Positions 38,335 through 50,997 of a stretch of 64,000 nucleotides of DNA are shown in pieces. The DNA is taken from assembly GCF_039654945.1 (NCBI RefSeq), contig NW_027361863.1:2728001-2792000 (forward strand). The letters are read 5' to 3'. How positions within the stretch are numbered: the first letter of the stretch is position 1; the number at the start of each line of letters is the position of its first letter. Both the position numbers and the translations under genes were made by a program. The notes beneath the pieces are model-generated. The model made no database searches, had not been told where the DNA came from, and worked only from the letters and a program-made list of their open reading frames with translations. This stretch comes from Dendrobates tinctorius (lineage: Eukaryota).

Positions 38335-38622
38335 ATGGAGCTGGAGGCCGTGCTGAAAGAACGAGGGGGCGCGAACGCCGGGGATCCCGCCCGGGTGCTG
38401 GGAGCTTGGGTGAAGCGTGGGTGGCCGGCTGGTGGCGCAGACACCGAACTCATCGCCGCGGAGTCTCCGAGCATGGGCCGGCCCCGGGAGCTGAGCGCCA
38501 AGGGGGACGAGCTGGAGTACGAGGCGCTGCCGGAGGGCTCCACAGTCAGCACGCACATGCTGGCCGGGGCCGTGGCCGGGATCATGGAGCACTGCCTCAT
38601 GTACCCTGTGGACTGTGTCAAG
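38335..38622 (+). CDS. SLC25A28: Mitoferrin-2 coding exon 1
   Basis: MELE...[38 protein letters not shown]|gtgag; carrier signature PxDxxK. Confidence 0.96.
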
Positions 38623-38749
38623 GTGAGAGCCACATGGTGGAGAGAGCGAGGGGAAGGGCCCACGTGTCCGCTGCAGGGGGCGGCCATCACTGCCTGCCGC
38701 TCGCCGGGACCCTCCTCCTGCCCGTGCTGGGGGTCTGTGCTGGGGCTCG

Positions 38750-41700
38750 CGGCATTACACCCCCGGCGTCCCGGGATAGCACCCCCATCATCCCAGTATT
38801 ACACCCCCCGGCATCCCGGGACAGCACTCCCATCATCCCAGCATTACACCCCTGGCGTCCCGGGACAGCACTCCCATCATCCCAGCATTACACGTCCCGG
38901 GACAGCACTCCCATCATCCCAGCATTACACCCCCGGCGTCCCGGGACAGCACCCCCGTCATCCCAGCATTACACCCCCGGCGTCCCGGGACAGCACTCCC
39001 ATCATCCCAGCATTACACCCCCCGGCATCCCGGGACAGCACTCCCATCATCCCAGCATTACACCCCCGGCGTCCCGGGACAGCACCCCCGTCATCCCAGC
39101 ATTACACCCCCCGGCGTCCCGGGACAGCACTCCCATCATCCCAGCATTACACCCCCGGCGTCCCAGGACAGCACTCCCATCATCCCAGCATTACACCCCC
39201 GGCGTCCCAGGACAGCACTCCCATCATCCCAGTATTACACCCCCCGGCATCCCGGGACAGCACTCCCATCATCCCAGCATTACACCCCCGTCATCCCGGG
39301 ACAGCACCCCCGTCATCCCGGGACAGCACCCCCGTCATCCCGGGACAGCACCCCCGTCATCCCAGGACAGCACTCCCCTCATCCCAGCATTACGCCCCCA
39401 ACCGTCATCCCGGGACAGCACTCCCATCATCCCAGCATTACACCCCCCATCATCCCGGGACAGCACCCCCATCATCCCAGCATTACACCCCCGGCGTCCC
39501 GGGACAGCACTCCCCTCATCCCAGCATTACGCCCCCAACCGTCATCCTGGGACAGCACTCCCATCATCCCAGCATTACACCCCCCATCATCCCGGGAGAG
39601 CACCCCCATCATCCCAGCATTACACCCCCGGCGTCCCGGGACAGCACTCCCCTTATCCCAGCATTACGCCCCCAACCGTCATCCCTGGACAGCACTCCCA
39701 TCATCCCAGCATTACACCCCCCATCATCCCGGGACAGCACCCCCATCATCCCAGCATTACACCCCCCATCATCCCGGGACAGCACCCCCATCATCCCAGC
39801 ATTACACCCCCGGCGTCCCAGGACAGCACTCCTCTCATCCCAGCATTACGCCCCCAACAGTCATCCTGGGACAGCACCCCCATCATCCCAGCATTACACC
39901 CCCCATCATCCCAGCATTACACCCCCCATCATCCCGGGACAGCACCCCCATCATCCCAGCATTACACCCCCGGCGTCCCGGGACAGCACCCCCATCATCC
40001 CAGCGTTACACCCCCAACCGTCATCCCGGGACAGCACCCCCATCATCCCAGCATTACACCCCCAACCGTCATCCCGGGACAGCACCCCCATCATCCCAGC
40101 ATTACACCCCCCGGCATCCCGGGACAGCACCCCCGGCGTCCCGGGACAGCACCCCCAGTCGTCCCGGGACAGCACCCCCAGTCGTCCCGGGACAGCACCC
40201 CCAGTCGTCCCGGGACAGCACCCCCAGTCGTCCCGGGACAGCACCCCCCCAGTCGTCCCGGGACAGCACCCCCCCAGTCGTCCCGGGACAGCACCCCCCC
40301 AGTCGTCCCGGGACAGCACCCCCCCAGTCGTCCCGGGACAGCACCCCCCCAGTCGTCCCGGGACAGCACCCCCCCAGTCGTCCCGGGACAGCACCCCCCC
40401 AGTCGTCCCGGGACAGCACCCCCCCAGTCGTCCCGGGACAGCACCCCCCCAGTCGTCCCGGGACAGCACCCCCCCAGTCGTCCCGGGACAGCACCCCCCC
40501 AGTCGTCCCGGGACAGCACCCCCCCAGTCGTCCCGGGACAGCACCCCCCCAGTCGTCCCGGGACAGCACCCCCCCAGTCGTCCCGGGACAGCACCCCCCC
40601 AGTCGTCCCGGGACAGCACCCCCCCAGTCGTCCCGGGACAGCACCCCCCCAGTCGTCCCGGGACAGCACCCCCCCAGTCGTCCCGGGACAGCACCCCCCC
40701 AGTCGTCCCGGGACAGCACCCCCCCAGTCGTCCCGGGACAGCACCCCCCCAGTCGTCCCGGGACAGCACCCCCCCAGTCGTCCCGGGACAGCACCCCCCC
40801 AGTCGTCCCGGGACAGCACCCCCCCAGTCGTCCCGGGACAGCACCCCCCCAGTCGTCCCGGGACAGCACCCCCCCAGTCGTCCCGGGACAGCACCCCCCC
40901 AGTCGTCCCGGGACAGCACCCCCCCAGTCGTCCCGGGACAGCACCCCCCCAGTCGTCCCGGGACAGCACCCCCCCAGTCGTCCCGGGACAGCACCCCCCC
41001 AGTCGTCCCGGGACAGCACCCCCCCAGTCGTCCCGGGACAGCACCCCCCCAGTCGTCCCGGGACAGCACCCCCCCAGTCGTCCCGGGACAGCACCCCCCC
41101 AGTCGTCCCGGGACAGCACCCCCCCAGTCGTCCCGGGACAGCACCCCCCCAGTCGTCCCGGGACAGCACCCCCCCAGTCGTCCCGGGACAGCACCCCCCC
41201 AGTCGTCCCGGGACAGCACCCCCCCAGTCGTCCCGGGACAGCACCCCCCCAGTCGTCCCGGGACAGCACCCCCCCAGTCGTCCCGGGACAGCACCCCCCC
41301 AGTCGTCCCGGGACAGCACCCCCCCAGTCGTCCCGGGACAGCACCCCCCCAGTCGTCCCGGGACAGCACCCCCCCAGTCGTCCCGGGACAGCACCCCCCC
41401 AGTCGTCCCGGGACAGCACCCCCCCAGTCGTCCCGGGACAGCACCCCCCCAGTCGTCCCGGGACAGCACCCCCCCAGTCGTCCCGGGACAGCACCCCCCC
41501 AGTCGTCCCGGGACAGCACCCCCCCAGTCGTCCCGGGACAGCACCCCCCCAGTCGTCCCGGGACAGCACCCCCCCAGTCGTCCCGGGACAGCACCCCCCC
41601 AGTCGTCCCGGGACAGCACCCCCCCAGTCGTCCCGGGACAGCACCCCCCCAGTCGTCCCGGGACAGCACCCCCCCCGTCGTCCCGGGACAGCACCCCCCC

Positions 41701-42520
41701 AGTCGTCCCGGGACAGCACCCCCCCCGTCGTCCCGGGACAGCACCCCCCCCATCATCCCGGTATTACACCCACCGGCGTCCCGGGACAGCACTCCAATTA
41801 TCCCAGTATAACACCCCCATCATCCCAGCATTACACCCCCCCGGCGTCCCAGGACAGCACTCCCAGCATTACAAACCCCCCCCGTCCCGGGACAGCACTC
41901 CCATCGTCCCAGCATTACACCCCCTGGTGTCCCGGTACAGCACTCCTATCGTCCCAGTATTACACCCCCCATCATCCCGGTACAGCACTCCCATCATCCC
42001 GGTATTACACCCCCCTTCATCCCGGGACAGCACTCCCATCATCCCGGTATTACACCCCCCATCATCCCGAGACAGCACTCCCATCATCCCGATGCAGCAC
42101 TCCGGTCATCCCGGTATTACACCCCCGGCGTCCCTGGACAGCACTCCCATCATCCCGGTATTACAACCCTCATCATCCCGGTACAGCACTCCCATCATCC
42201 CAGTATTTCACCCCCCTGTCATCCCGGGACAGCACTTCCATCCCAGTATTACACCGCAGTCATCTTGGTGCAGCACTCCCATCATCCCAGTATTACACCC
42301 CCGGCGTCCCTGCACAGCACTCCCATCATCCCAGTATTACACCCCAGTCATCTCGGTGGAGCAGTCCCATCATTCCAGTATTACGCCCCCTGTCATCCCG
42401 GGACAGACAGCGCTCCCATCTCAGTATTACACCCCAGTCATCTCGGTGCAGCACTCCCATCATCCCAGTATTACACCCCTGGCGTCCCTGGACAGCACTC
42501 CCATCATCCCAGTTTTACAC
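38750..42520. repeat. Compound CpG-rich minisatellite with a homogeneous 25-bp core (~40150-41750)
   Basis: Core unit AGTCGTCCCGGGACAGCACCCCCCC, ~60 copies; flanks are ~40-bp variant units (...CATCCCAGCATTACACCCCC...). Confidence 0.97.
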
Positions 42521-42575
42521 CCCCCCCCCCCCCCCCCCCGGTGATGGCTGGAGGGGAAACGTCTGCATTTCTTTA

Positions 42576-42903
42576 GGGTATGTTTCCATGTTCCACATTG
42601 GCATCCCTTTGGACACAGCTCTGTCAAAGTGCTGCCGGCTTTTGTACATGCGGAGATTCCACATCCTATACATAGACTGTTATTTATCTTGTGTAGACTG
42701 AGCGTCTCTGCAAGATAAATAGACATGCTGTGGCCTATAAAGGCGTGCCGCATGTGTGTATATGTGGGTCTGCCACCTGCGTCTTTGAACGCATAGTGGA
42801 GACGGGATTTCATAAAATCCCCTCCACTATGCTGTAACATCTGGACACTGCGGCTGTACCCAGCATCCAATCCGCAGCGTTTCCTGAACGGGGAAACATA
42901 CCC
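42576..42903. mobile_element. Harbinger-like MITE
   Basis: TIR GGGTATGTTTCC / GGAAACATACCC, TTA TSD. Confidence 0.85.
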
Positions 42904-45900
42904 TTAGAGGCGACGCTTCTGGGCACCAGTGCAAAGCATGTAACCGGGTGCCTGCTATCAATTTACTACTGGAATTAGAGGCAGCAGTCGCCTCCAGAAG
43001 TGCCAGGGCCTGGGGGCAGCTGCTACCTCTGTAGTCGCCCCCTAGTACTTGTTACCACCTTGTATTATCTGGTGCCCACCTTTTTTGCCTTGTCACCAAT
43101 GCTACATTTTTCCCAGAGAAGTTATGGATGTGGCCGTAACGTTCCCATTTAGACAGGTGGGGACCACACAAGTCCTCTGCCAAATCCATTTATTCTTTCA
43201 TTACTATTGACAAGTCACAGACGGGCCGGCGGCTCTCTAAACCCGAGCGTGACCGCTTCATGTATGTCTATGCTGCTGCCGCGCTCAGGTCAGGAGAGCC
43301 GCCGGCCAGACCGTGCACCGCGCTCTGATTTATACGGCTGACCGCACCCTTAGACTCTATATAAAGACGCACCACCATATTGCTCGTCGGCCATCTTTCC
43401 CAGGCAGCTGTGACAGCGTTCATAGTGTCAGTACAAGGCGGTGGTTCCTGGCGTCTCAGTCCACATCCTGCTCGGGTTGGCAGGGTGTGTCGATTCTGCC
43501 GGCACTGCCCTGTTTATGTGCTGCACCTCTGGCTGGCATTGGCGCCCATGTGGGTGTGCGGCACGCCCGTCGCCATCTTGTAAAGCTCTGTGCTGCCAGC
43601 AGGAGACTGCGTTTGTGCAATCATTAAGGCGTTAAGTAATTAATCTGCGGCCGCCATCACTGTTACTTTTCATGAGAAACCGGTTTGGCGTTTGTGCTGC
43701 AGATTAAAAGCAGCAGGTAACCGGATCCCAGCACTAATCTGAACAAATGTGTGAGCTTTACTGGGAAACGATACTGGGAAAGCTGCACAATGAGGGCGGT
43801 TATAGTGATGCGGCAGCCGGTGCCAACCACGGGCAGAAGGGAAGCACCAAGAGTGAGAATGTCAGGTGTCAAGATCTGTCATCCACATGCAGAAATGGGC
43901 ATGTCTGAATCCGGAAAAGCTGGGTGACCAAAAATGTGACGGCTACGCAGGGGGGTTGTGTCCTATCACTGCGGGTGCCGCTGCTCTTAAAGGGGCTCGT
44001 TATTTGCCTCTCGCATGGCTCTGTGCATCCTCTGCATTGTAACAGGACATCCGTGGAAGTCCGTCCCCCCCAAACCGACCCCCCCCACCCACGATGTCGC
44101 CTATGTTCTCATACAAGAGTTTATCGGTCTGATCTGTCCATGGCATGTTATGTTGGATTGCTGTCCGATGGCATGTCTCTAGGGTATGACCTCACTTACT
44201 GACTGCGGGGGTCCGTTCTCTGGGACCCTCCCGATCCCGAGAATGAAGACGGCGACCTGTCCTCTTCACAGCATTGCTAGTTGCTGCTGCCGGCCCTGTA
44301 CATCCGGCTGGGGCTGCTCTGCAACAGGTGTCCGGACAGGAAGAACTGAAGTTGACCCAACGCTGCTCAGCATGGAGTGGTGGTGGGGTCAGATCATCTT
44401 TTAAAGGGGTTCTTTGCCTTTTGACCATTTTTTTTTTTTTTTTTCTTTCCATGAACGCATTTTGGGATAATTTTAATTAGAAATTTTGCAGCGTGTGTTC
44501 CGTTACCTCTGTTACTGTCAATTGCTGACTTCAGAAAGGGATAACCAAGAATTACGTAGGTGAGATTGGTCTGATGGCAGAGTTCGTAACTCTTGTATAT
44601 CTTTGTGAGCTCCTCGCCGCAGATTTGACCCCAGACCAAATTAAAGGGGTTGTCCAGTACTTTAACACTGATGACTTATCCTTAGGATAGGTCATCAATG
44701 ATCGTTGGGGTGTAACACCTGTCGATCATCAGTTCCCGGTGTCAGTGGTGGCCGGAGCTGCTCCGTTACAGAGCGGCATAGCTCTGACATTAATGTGATG
44801 GCCGTGGCCAGGTAATGCACATCCACCTTTTTTTTCCAAATCAATAGGTGCAGATGTGCAGTATCCCGCCACGGCCATTATTCAGACAGCGGCGCTGTGC
44901 AGTTCTGGCCACCACCAATACCGGGAACTCTTTTGGAAGGAGAGACACAAAAATGAAAATTTGATGTACTCTAGGGGTTAATACAACAGCCTACATCAAA
45001 ACCATCAGGAGCCAATCAGAGCTCAGCTTTCCTTTCATTAACGGCTATTGAAGAATGAAAGCTGCACTGTGGTTGTGATGGGTAACAAGATCCAGTATGT
45101 CTACAGTACAGTTAGTCTATGGTGTTATTAGTGAGGCGTCATACAAGTTCTTTATATACATATTATTACAATGGTCATGGGCAGGCTCAGTGTCAGGACA
45201 CCGCACTGAACTTGCTCACTGAGCCAGTGCGCGTGTCCTGAGTAAAGCGAACTGTGCTCAAAGATACCTGTGGAGCGGGCAGCAGCCGAGTAGATGTGTA
45301 CTTCACACCCGCAGGACCTGAAGCACGTGACTGCTAGGGGCGTGGCCTAAACTCCACAGAGCTAGGAGCTGCAAGAGAACTCCTAGCAGGGTAACTGCAA
45401 GACAGAGTTACCAAGGGGCATAGACAGGGAGGATAGTCAGGACATAGCCAATGAGTCACACACAGAGATAGCTGCAAGGTACAAGAGGGGCGAGCAGAGA
45501 GTAGTCAGGTCACAGGCAATGAGTCATACACAGAGAGGATAGCGCAGTACAGAATCAACAGGCAAACTCACAACGGGAAACAGAACCGGGTCAGAACCAT
45601 ATAAACAAGCTATAACAACAAACAGGCCAGGGCAGTTTCTAGGGAATTTTGACAACAGGGCGAACATCGAAAAAGCGCCCCCCCCCCCCCCCCCCCCCCG
45701 AACATTAACATGCTGAATACTTTAGATAAACATGTCTTACCTTTGCATCAATCCAATCCTCGAAGGCATCACCCCCCGATATTGCACACAAAGACAGCAG
45801 GCTAAGCACCACAGTATCCTCAAAAAAATAAAATACATCACTGCAGTAATAATATCCCTTAATTAGCCCCTATGGTAATAATATCCCCCATCCTGACCCC

Positions 45901-46018
45901 CGTGTGTCTCATTCCTGACTTCAGCCATATTTTCTCTCATCCTGCCCTCATGAGTATCCATTCTGCCCTCGTATGATCTCCCGATCCTGCCCCGTCTACA
46001 TCGTATCCATCCTGCACC

Positions 46019-46812
46019 ATGTCTCGCGTTCTGCCCCCTCCTGTGTCTCGCGTTCTGCCCCCTCCTGTGTCTCGCGTTCTGCCCCCTCCTGTGTCTCGCG
46101 TTCTGCCCCCTCCTGTGTCTCGCGTTCTGCCCCCTCCTGTGTCTCGCGTTCTGCCCCCTCCTGTGTCTCGCGTTCTGCCCCCTCCTGTGTCTCGCGTTCT
46201 GCCCCCTCCTGTGTCTCGCGTTCTGCCCCCTCCTGTGTCTCGCGTTCTGCCCCCTCCTGTGTCTCGCGTTCTGCCCCCTCCTGTGTCTCGCGTTCTGCCC
46301 CCTCCTGTGTCTCGCGTTCTGCCCCCTCCTGTGTCTCGCGTTCTGCCCCCTCCTGTGTCTCGCGTTCTGCCCCCTCCTGTGTCTCGCGTTCTGCCCCCTC
46401 CTGTGTCTCGCGTTCTGCCCCCTCCTGTGTCTCGCGTTCTGCCCCCTCCTGTGTCTCGCGTTCTGCCCCCTCCTGTGTCTCGCGTTCTGCCCCCTCCTGT
46501 GTCTCGCGTTCTGCCCCCTCCTGTGTCTCGCGTTCTGCCCCCTCCTGTGTCTCGCGTTCTGCCCCCTCCTGTGTCTCGCGTTCTGCCCCCTCCTGTGTCT
46601 CGCGTTCTGCCCCCTCCTGTGTCTCGCGTTCTGCCCCCTCCTGTGTCTCGCGTTCTGCCCCCTCCTGTGTCTCGCGTTCTGCCCCCTCCTGTGTCTCGCG
46701 TTCTGCCCCCTCCTGTGTCTCGCGTTCTGCCCCCTCCTGTGTCTCGCGTTCTGCCCCCTCCTGTGTCTCGCGTTCTGCCCCCTCCTGTGTCTCGCGTTCT
46801 GCCCCCTCCTGT
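46019..46812. repeat. Perfect 24-bp minisatellite, ~33 copies
   Basis: Unit GTCTCGCGTTCTGCCCCCTCCTGT. Confidence 0.97.
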
Positions 46813-46913
46813 GTGTCTCCAGTCCTGCCCCCGAGTCTCCATTCTGCCAGGGAAACATATTGCCCCTTTCAATAATAAAATAAAAAGGGCTTTTAGACAT
46901 GGCAGAAGGTTGT

Positions 46914-49000
46914 CACGGCTGTATGGAGCGTTACAGGACAGATATCAGAGCTGGCGTGTGATGGGCACACGGCTGTATGGTGCGTTACAGGGCAGATATC
47001 AGAGCTGGCGTGTGATGGGCACAGGGCTGTATGGAGCGTTACAGGACAGATATCAGAGCTGGCGTGTGATGGGCACAGGGCTGTATGGAGCGTTACAGGG
47101 CAGATAGCAGAGCTGGCGTGTGATGGGCACAGGGCTGTATGGAGCGTTACAGGACAGATATCAGAGCTGGCGTGTGATGGGCACAGGGCTGTATGGAGCG
47201 TTACAGGACAGATATCAGAGTTGGCGTGTGATGGGCACAGGGCTGTATGGAGCGTTACAGGGCAGATAGCAGAGCTGGCGTGTGATGGGCACAGGGCTGT
47301 ATGGAGCGTTACAGGGCAGATATCAGAGCTGGCGTGTGATGGGCACAGGGCTGTATGGAGCGTTACAGGGCAGATAGCAGAGCTGGCGTGTGATGGGCAC
47401 ACGGCTGTATGGTGCGTTACAGGGCAGATAGCAGAGCTGGCGTGTGATGGGCACGGCTGTATGGTGCGTTACAGGGCAGATAGCAGAGCTGGCGTGTGAT
47501 GGGCACAGGGCTGTATGGAGCGTTACAGGACAGATATCAGAGCTGGCGTGTGATGGGCACACGGCTGTATGGTGCGTTACAGGGCAGATAGCAGAGCTGG
47601 CGTGTGATGGGCACAGGGCTGTATGGAGCGTTACAGGACAGATATCAGAGCTGGCGTGTGATGGGCACAGGGCTGTATGGAGCGTTACAGGGCAGATAGC
47701 AGAGCTGGCGTGTGATGGGCACACGGCTGTATGGAGCGTTACAGGGCAGATAGCAGAGCTGGCGTGTGATGGGCACAGGGCTGTATGGAGCGTTACAGGA
47801 CAGATATCAGAGCTGGAGTGTGATGGGCACACGGCTGTATGGTGCGTTACAGGGCAGATAGCAGAGCTGGCGTGTGATGGGCACAGGGCTGTATGGAGCG
47901 TTACAGGGCAGATAGCAGAGCTGGCGTGTGATGGGCACAGGGCTGTATGGAGCGTTACAGGACAGATATCAGAGTTGGCGTGTGATGGGCACAGGGCTGT
48001 ATGGAGCGTTACAGGGCAGATAGCAGAGCTGGCGTGTGATGGGCACAGGGCTGTATGGAGCGTTACAGGACAGATATCAGAGCTGGCGTGTGATGGGCAC
48101 ACGGCTGTATGGTGCGTTACAGGGCAGATAGCAGAGCTGGCGTGTGATGGGCACAGGGCTGTATGGAGCGTTACAGGGCAGATAGCAGAGCTGGCGTGTG
48201 ATGGGCACAGGGCTGTATGGAGCGATACAGGGCAGATAGCAGAGCTGGCGTGTGATGGGCACAGGGCTGTATGGAGTTACAGGGCAGATAGCAGAGCTGG
48301 CGTGTGATGGGCACACGGCTGTATGGTGCGTTACAGGGCAGATAGCAGAGCTGGCGTGTGATGGGCACACGGCTGTATGGTGCGTTACAGGGCAGATAGC
48401 AGAGCTGGCGTGTGATGGGCACACGGCTGTATGGAGTGTTACAGGGCAGATAGCAGAGCTGGCGTGTGATGGGCACACGGCTGTATGGTGCGTTACAGGG
48501 CAGATAGCAGAGCTGGCGTGTGATGGGCACACGGCTGTATGGAGTGTTACAGGGCAGATAGCAGAGCTGGCGTGTGATGGGCACACGGCTGTATGGAGTG
48601 TTAGGGTACGTGCACACGCTGCGGAATCCGCTGCGGATTAATCCGCACGGATTTTGCAAAAACCGCAGGTCCAAAGACCTGCGGATTATCTGCGGTTTTT
48701 CCTGCGGTTTGGTCCTGCGGATTCACTATCTCCACAATGGTGGAGATAGGAACCCGCAGCGGTTTCCGCAGAAAGAATTGACATGCAATTCTTTCTGCGG
48801 ATTCAAAACCGCAGCAAATCCGCGCGTTTTTTTCCGCAGCGTCGGCACAGCGTTTTTTTTTTTCCCCATTCAAATGAATGGTACTGTACACCGCAGCTAA
48901 AACTGCTGCGTGTCCGCAGCGGCCAAAACCGCTGCGGAAACGCAGCGGAACCCGCAGCGTGTGCACACAGCCTTACAGGGCAGATATCAGAGCTGGCATG
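46914..49000. repeat. 54-bp minisatellite, ~31 copies, interrupted by a MITE
   Basis: Unit GGCTGTATGGAGCGTTACAGGGCAGATAGCAGAGCTGGCGTGTGATGGGCACA(G/C). Confidence 0.96.
48604..48972. mobile_element. Harbinger-like MITE inserted in the 54-bp array
   Basis: TIR GGGTACGTGCACACGCTGCGG / CCGCAGCGTGTGCACACAGCC; exact TTA TSD taken from the repeat unit. Confidence 0.92.
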
Positions 49001-49375
49001 TAACTGGTTCCAAGGAACTGGAAAATTGTAGAACCCTCCTTTTTTGTATAAAACAAAGCTTGCTTTATTCTGTGCCCTGAACATCTTTGTAATCGGAGAT
49101 TCACTCAGGGCTGTGGAGTCGGTAAGCCAAACCTGCGACTCCCGACACCTCAATTTCCCGTACTCCAACGCCGACTCCCACTTATATTGCTTATATTTAA
49201 GTGAAAAATTTATTGTAGTACAATGTGAACATCAGACATTTAATCACTTCTATGATACGATAATCAAGATATTTAGATACAGCAAAATATCTATTTATTG
49301 GAATACAACTTTAGAACACAAACTGTAATAAATTGTAAATATGTAATACACTGTATAATATCGATTACATATATA

Positions 49376-50997
49376 CAGTACAGACCAAAGTTTGGACACA
49401 CCTTCTCATTCAAAGAGTTTTCTTTATTTTCATGACTATGAAAATTGTAGATTCACTCTGAAGGCATCAGAACAATGAACTAAAACATGTGGAATTATAT
49501 AATTAACAAGAGTGTGAAACAACTGAAAATATGTCTTATATTCTAGGTTCTTCAAAGTAGCCACCTTTTGCTTTGATTACTGCTTTGCACACTCTTGGCA
49601 TTCTCTTGATGAGCGTCAAGACGTAGTCACCAGAAATGGTCTTCCAACAGTCTTGAAGGAGTTCCCAGAGATGCTTAGCACTTTTTGGCCCTTTTGCCTT
49701 CACTCTGCGGTCCAGCTCACCCCAAACCATCTCGATTGGGTTCAGGTCTGGTGACTGTGGAGGCCAGGTCATCTGGCGTAGCACCCCATCACTCTTCTTC
49801 TTGGTCAAATAGCCCTTACACAGCCTGGAGGTGTGTTTGAGGTCATTGTCCTGTTGAAAAATAAATGATGGTCCAACTAAACACAAACCGGATGGAATAG
49901 CATGCCGCTGCAAGATGCTGTGGTAGCCATGCTGGTTCAGTATGCCATCAATTTTGAATAAATCCACAACAGTGTCACCAGCAAAGCACCCCCACACCAT
50001 CACACCTCCTCCTCCATGCTTCACGGTGGGAACCAGGCATGTAGAGTCCATCCGTTCACCTTTTCTGCGTCGCACAAAGACACGGTTGGAACCAAAGATC
50101 TCAGATTTGGACTCATCAGACCAAAGCACAGATTTCCACTGGTCTAATGTCCATTCCTTGTGTTCTTTAGCCCAAACAAGTCTCTTCTGCTTGTTGCCTG
50201 TCCTTAGCAGGGGTTTCCTAGCAGCTATTTTACCATGAAGGCCTGCTGCACAAAGTCTCCTCTTAACAGTTGTTATAGAGATGTGTCTGCTGCTAGAACT
50301 CTGTGTGGCATTGACCTGGTCTCTAATCTGAGCTGCTGTTAACCTGTGATTTCTGAGGCTGGTGACTCGGATGAACTTATCCTCCGCAGCAGAGGTGACT
50401 CTTGGTCTTCCTTTCCTGGGGTGCTCCTCATGTGAGCCAGTTTCTTTGTAGCGCTTGATGGTTTTTGCCACTGCACTTGGGGACACTTTCAAAGTTTTCC
50501 CAATTTTTCGGACTGACTGACCTTCATTTCTTAAAGTAATGATGGCCACTCGTTTTTCTTTACTCAGCTGCTTTTTTCTTGCCATAATACAAATTCTAAA
50601 AGTCTATTCAGTAGGACTATCAGCTGTATATCCACCAGACTTCTGCACAACACAACTGATGGTCCCAACCCCATTTAGAAGGTAAGAAATCCCACTTATT
50701 AAAGCTGACAGGGCACCTGTGAAGTGAAAACCATTTCCGGTGACTACCTCTTGAAGCTCATCAAGAGAATGCCAAGAGTGTGCAAAGCAGAAATCAAAGC
50801 AAAAGGTGGCTACTTTGAAGAACCTAGAATATAAGACATATTTTCAGTTGTTTCACACTTTTTTGTTAATTATATAATTCCACATGTGTTAATTCATAGT
50901 TTTGATGCCTTCAGAGTGAATCTACAATTTTCATAGTCATGAAAATAAAGAAAACGCTTTGAATGAGAAGGTGTGTCCAAACTTTTGGTCTGTACTG
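49376..50997 (-). mobile_element. Tc1-superfamily transposon, DD38E (Intruder-type spacing)
   Basis: ~265-bp TIRs (CAGTACAGACCAAA...), left flank TA, right flank TG in a microsatellite. Confidence 0.95.
49536..50585 (-). CDS. DD38E transposase, uninterrupted 349-aa ORF
   Basis: Paired-like HTH, GRPR, WSDES, TVKHGGGGVMVWG; 38 residues between QQD and the E of SPDLNPIE. Confidence 0.93.
   Translation of the reverse strand: MARKKQLSKEKRVAIITLRNEGQSVRKIGKTLKVSPSAVAKTIKRYKETGSHEEHPRKGRPRVTSAAEDKFIRVTSLRNHRLTAAQIRDQVNATQSSSSRHISITTVKRRLCAAGLHGKIAARKPLLRTGNKQKRLVWAKEHKEWTLDQWKSVLWSDESKSEIFGSNRVFVRRRKGERMDSTCLVPTVKHGGGGVMVWGCFAGDTVVDLFKIDGILNQHGYHSILQRHAIPSGLCLVGPSFIFQQDNDLKHTSRLCKGYLTKKKSDGVLRQMTWPPQSPDLNPIEMVWGELDRRVKAKGPKSAKHLWELLQDCWKTISGDYVLTLIKRMPRVCKAVIKAKGGYFEEPRI

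Noticed and set aside
38152-42701. 1219-aa and 1431-aa ORFs running from SLC25A28 exon 1 through intron 1
   Set aside because: They are open only because the C-rich minisatellite lacks stop codons; a canonical AAG|gtgag donor ends the exon at 38622
45191-45630. Possible additional LTR fragment starting TGTCAGGAC
   Set aside because: No matching CA terminus or TSD identifiable by eye
45863-48674. ORFs (RHRRGQNA)n and (CPSHASSAICPVTLHTAL)n resembling protamine or zinc-finger repeats
   Set aside because: Products of 24-bp and 54-bp tandem arrays, with no synonymous variation pattern or splice context
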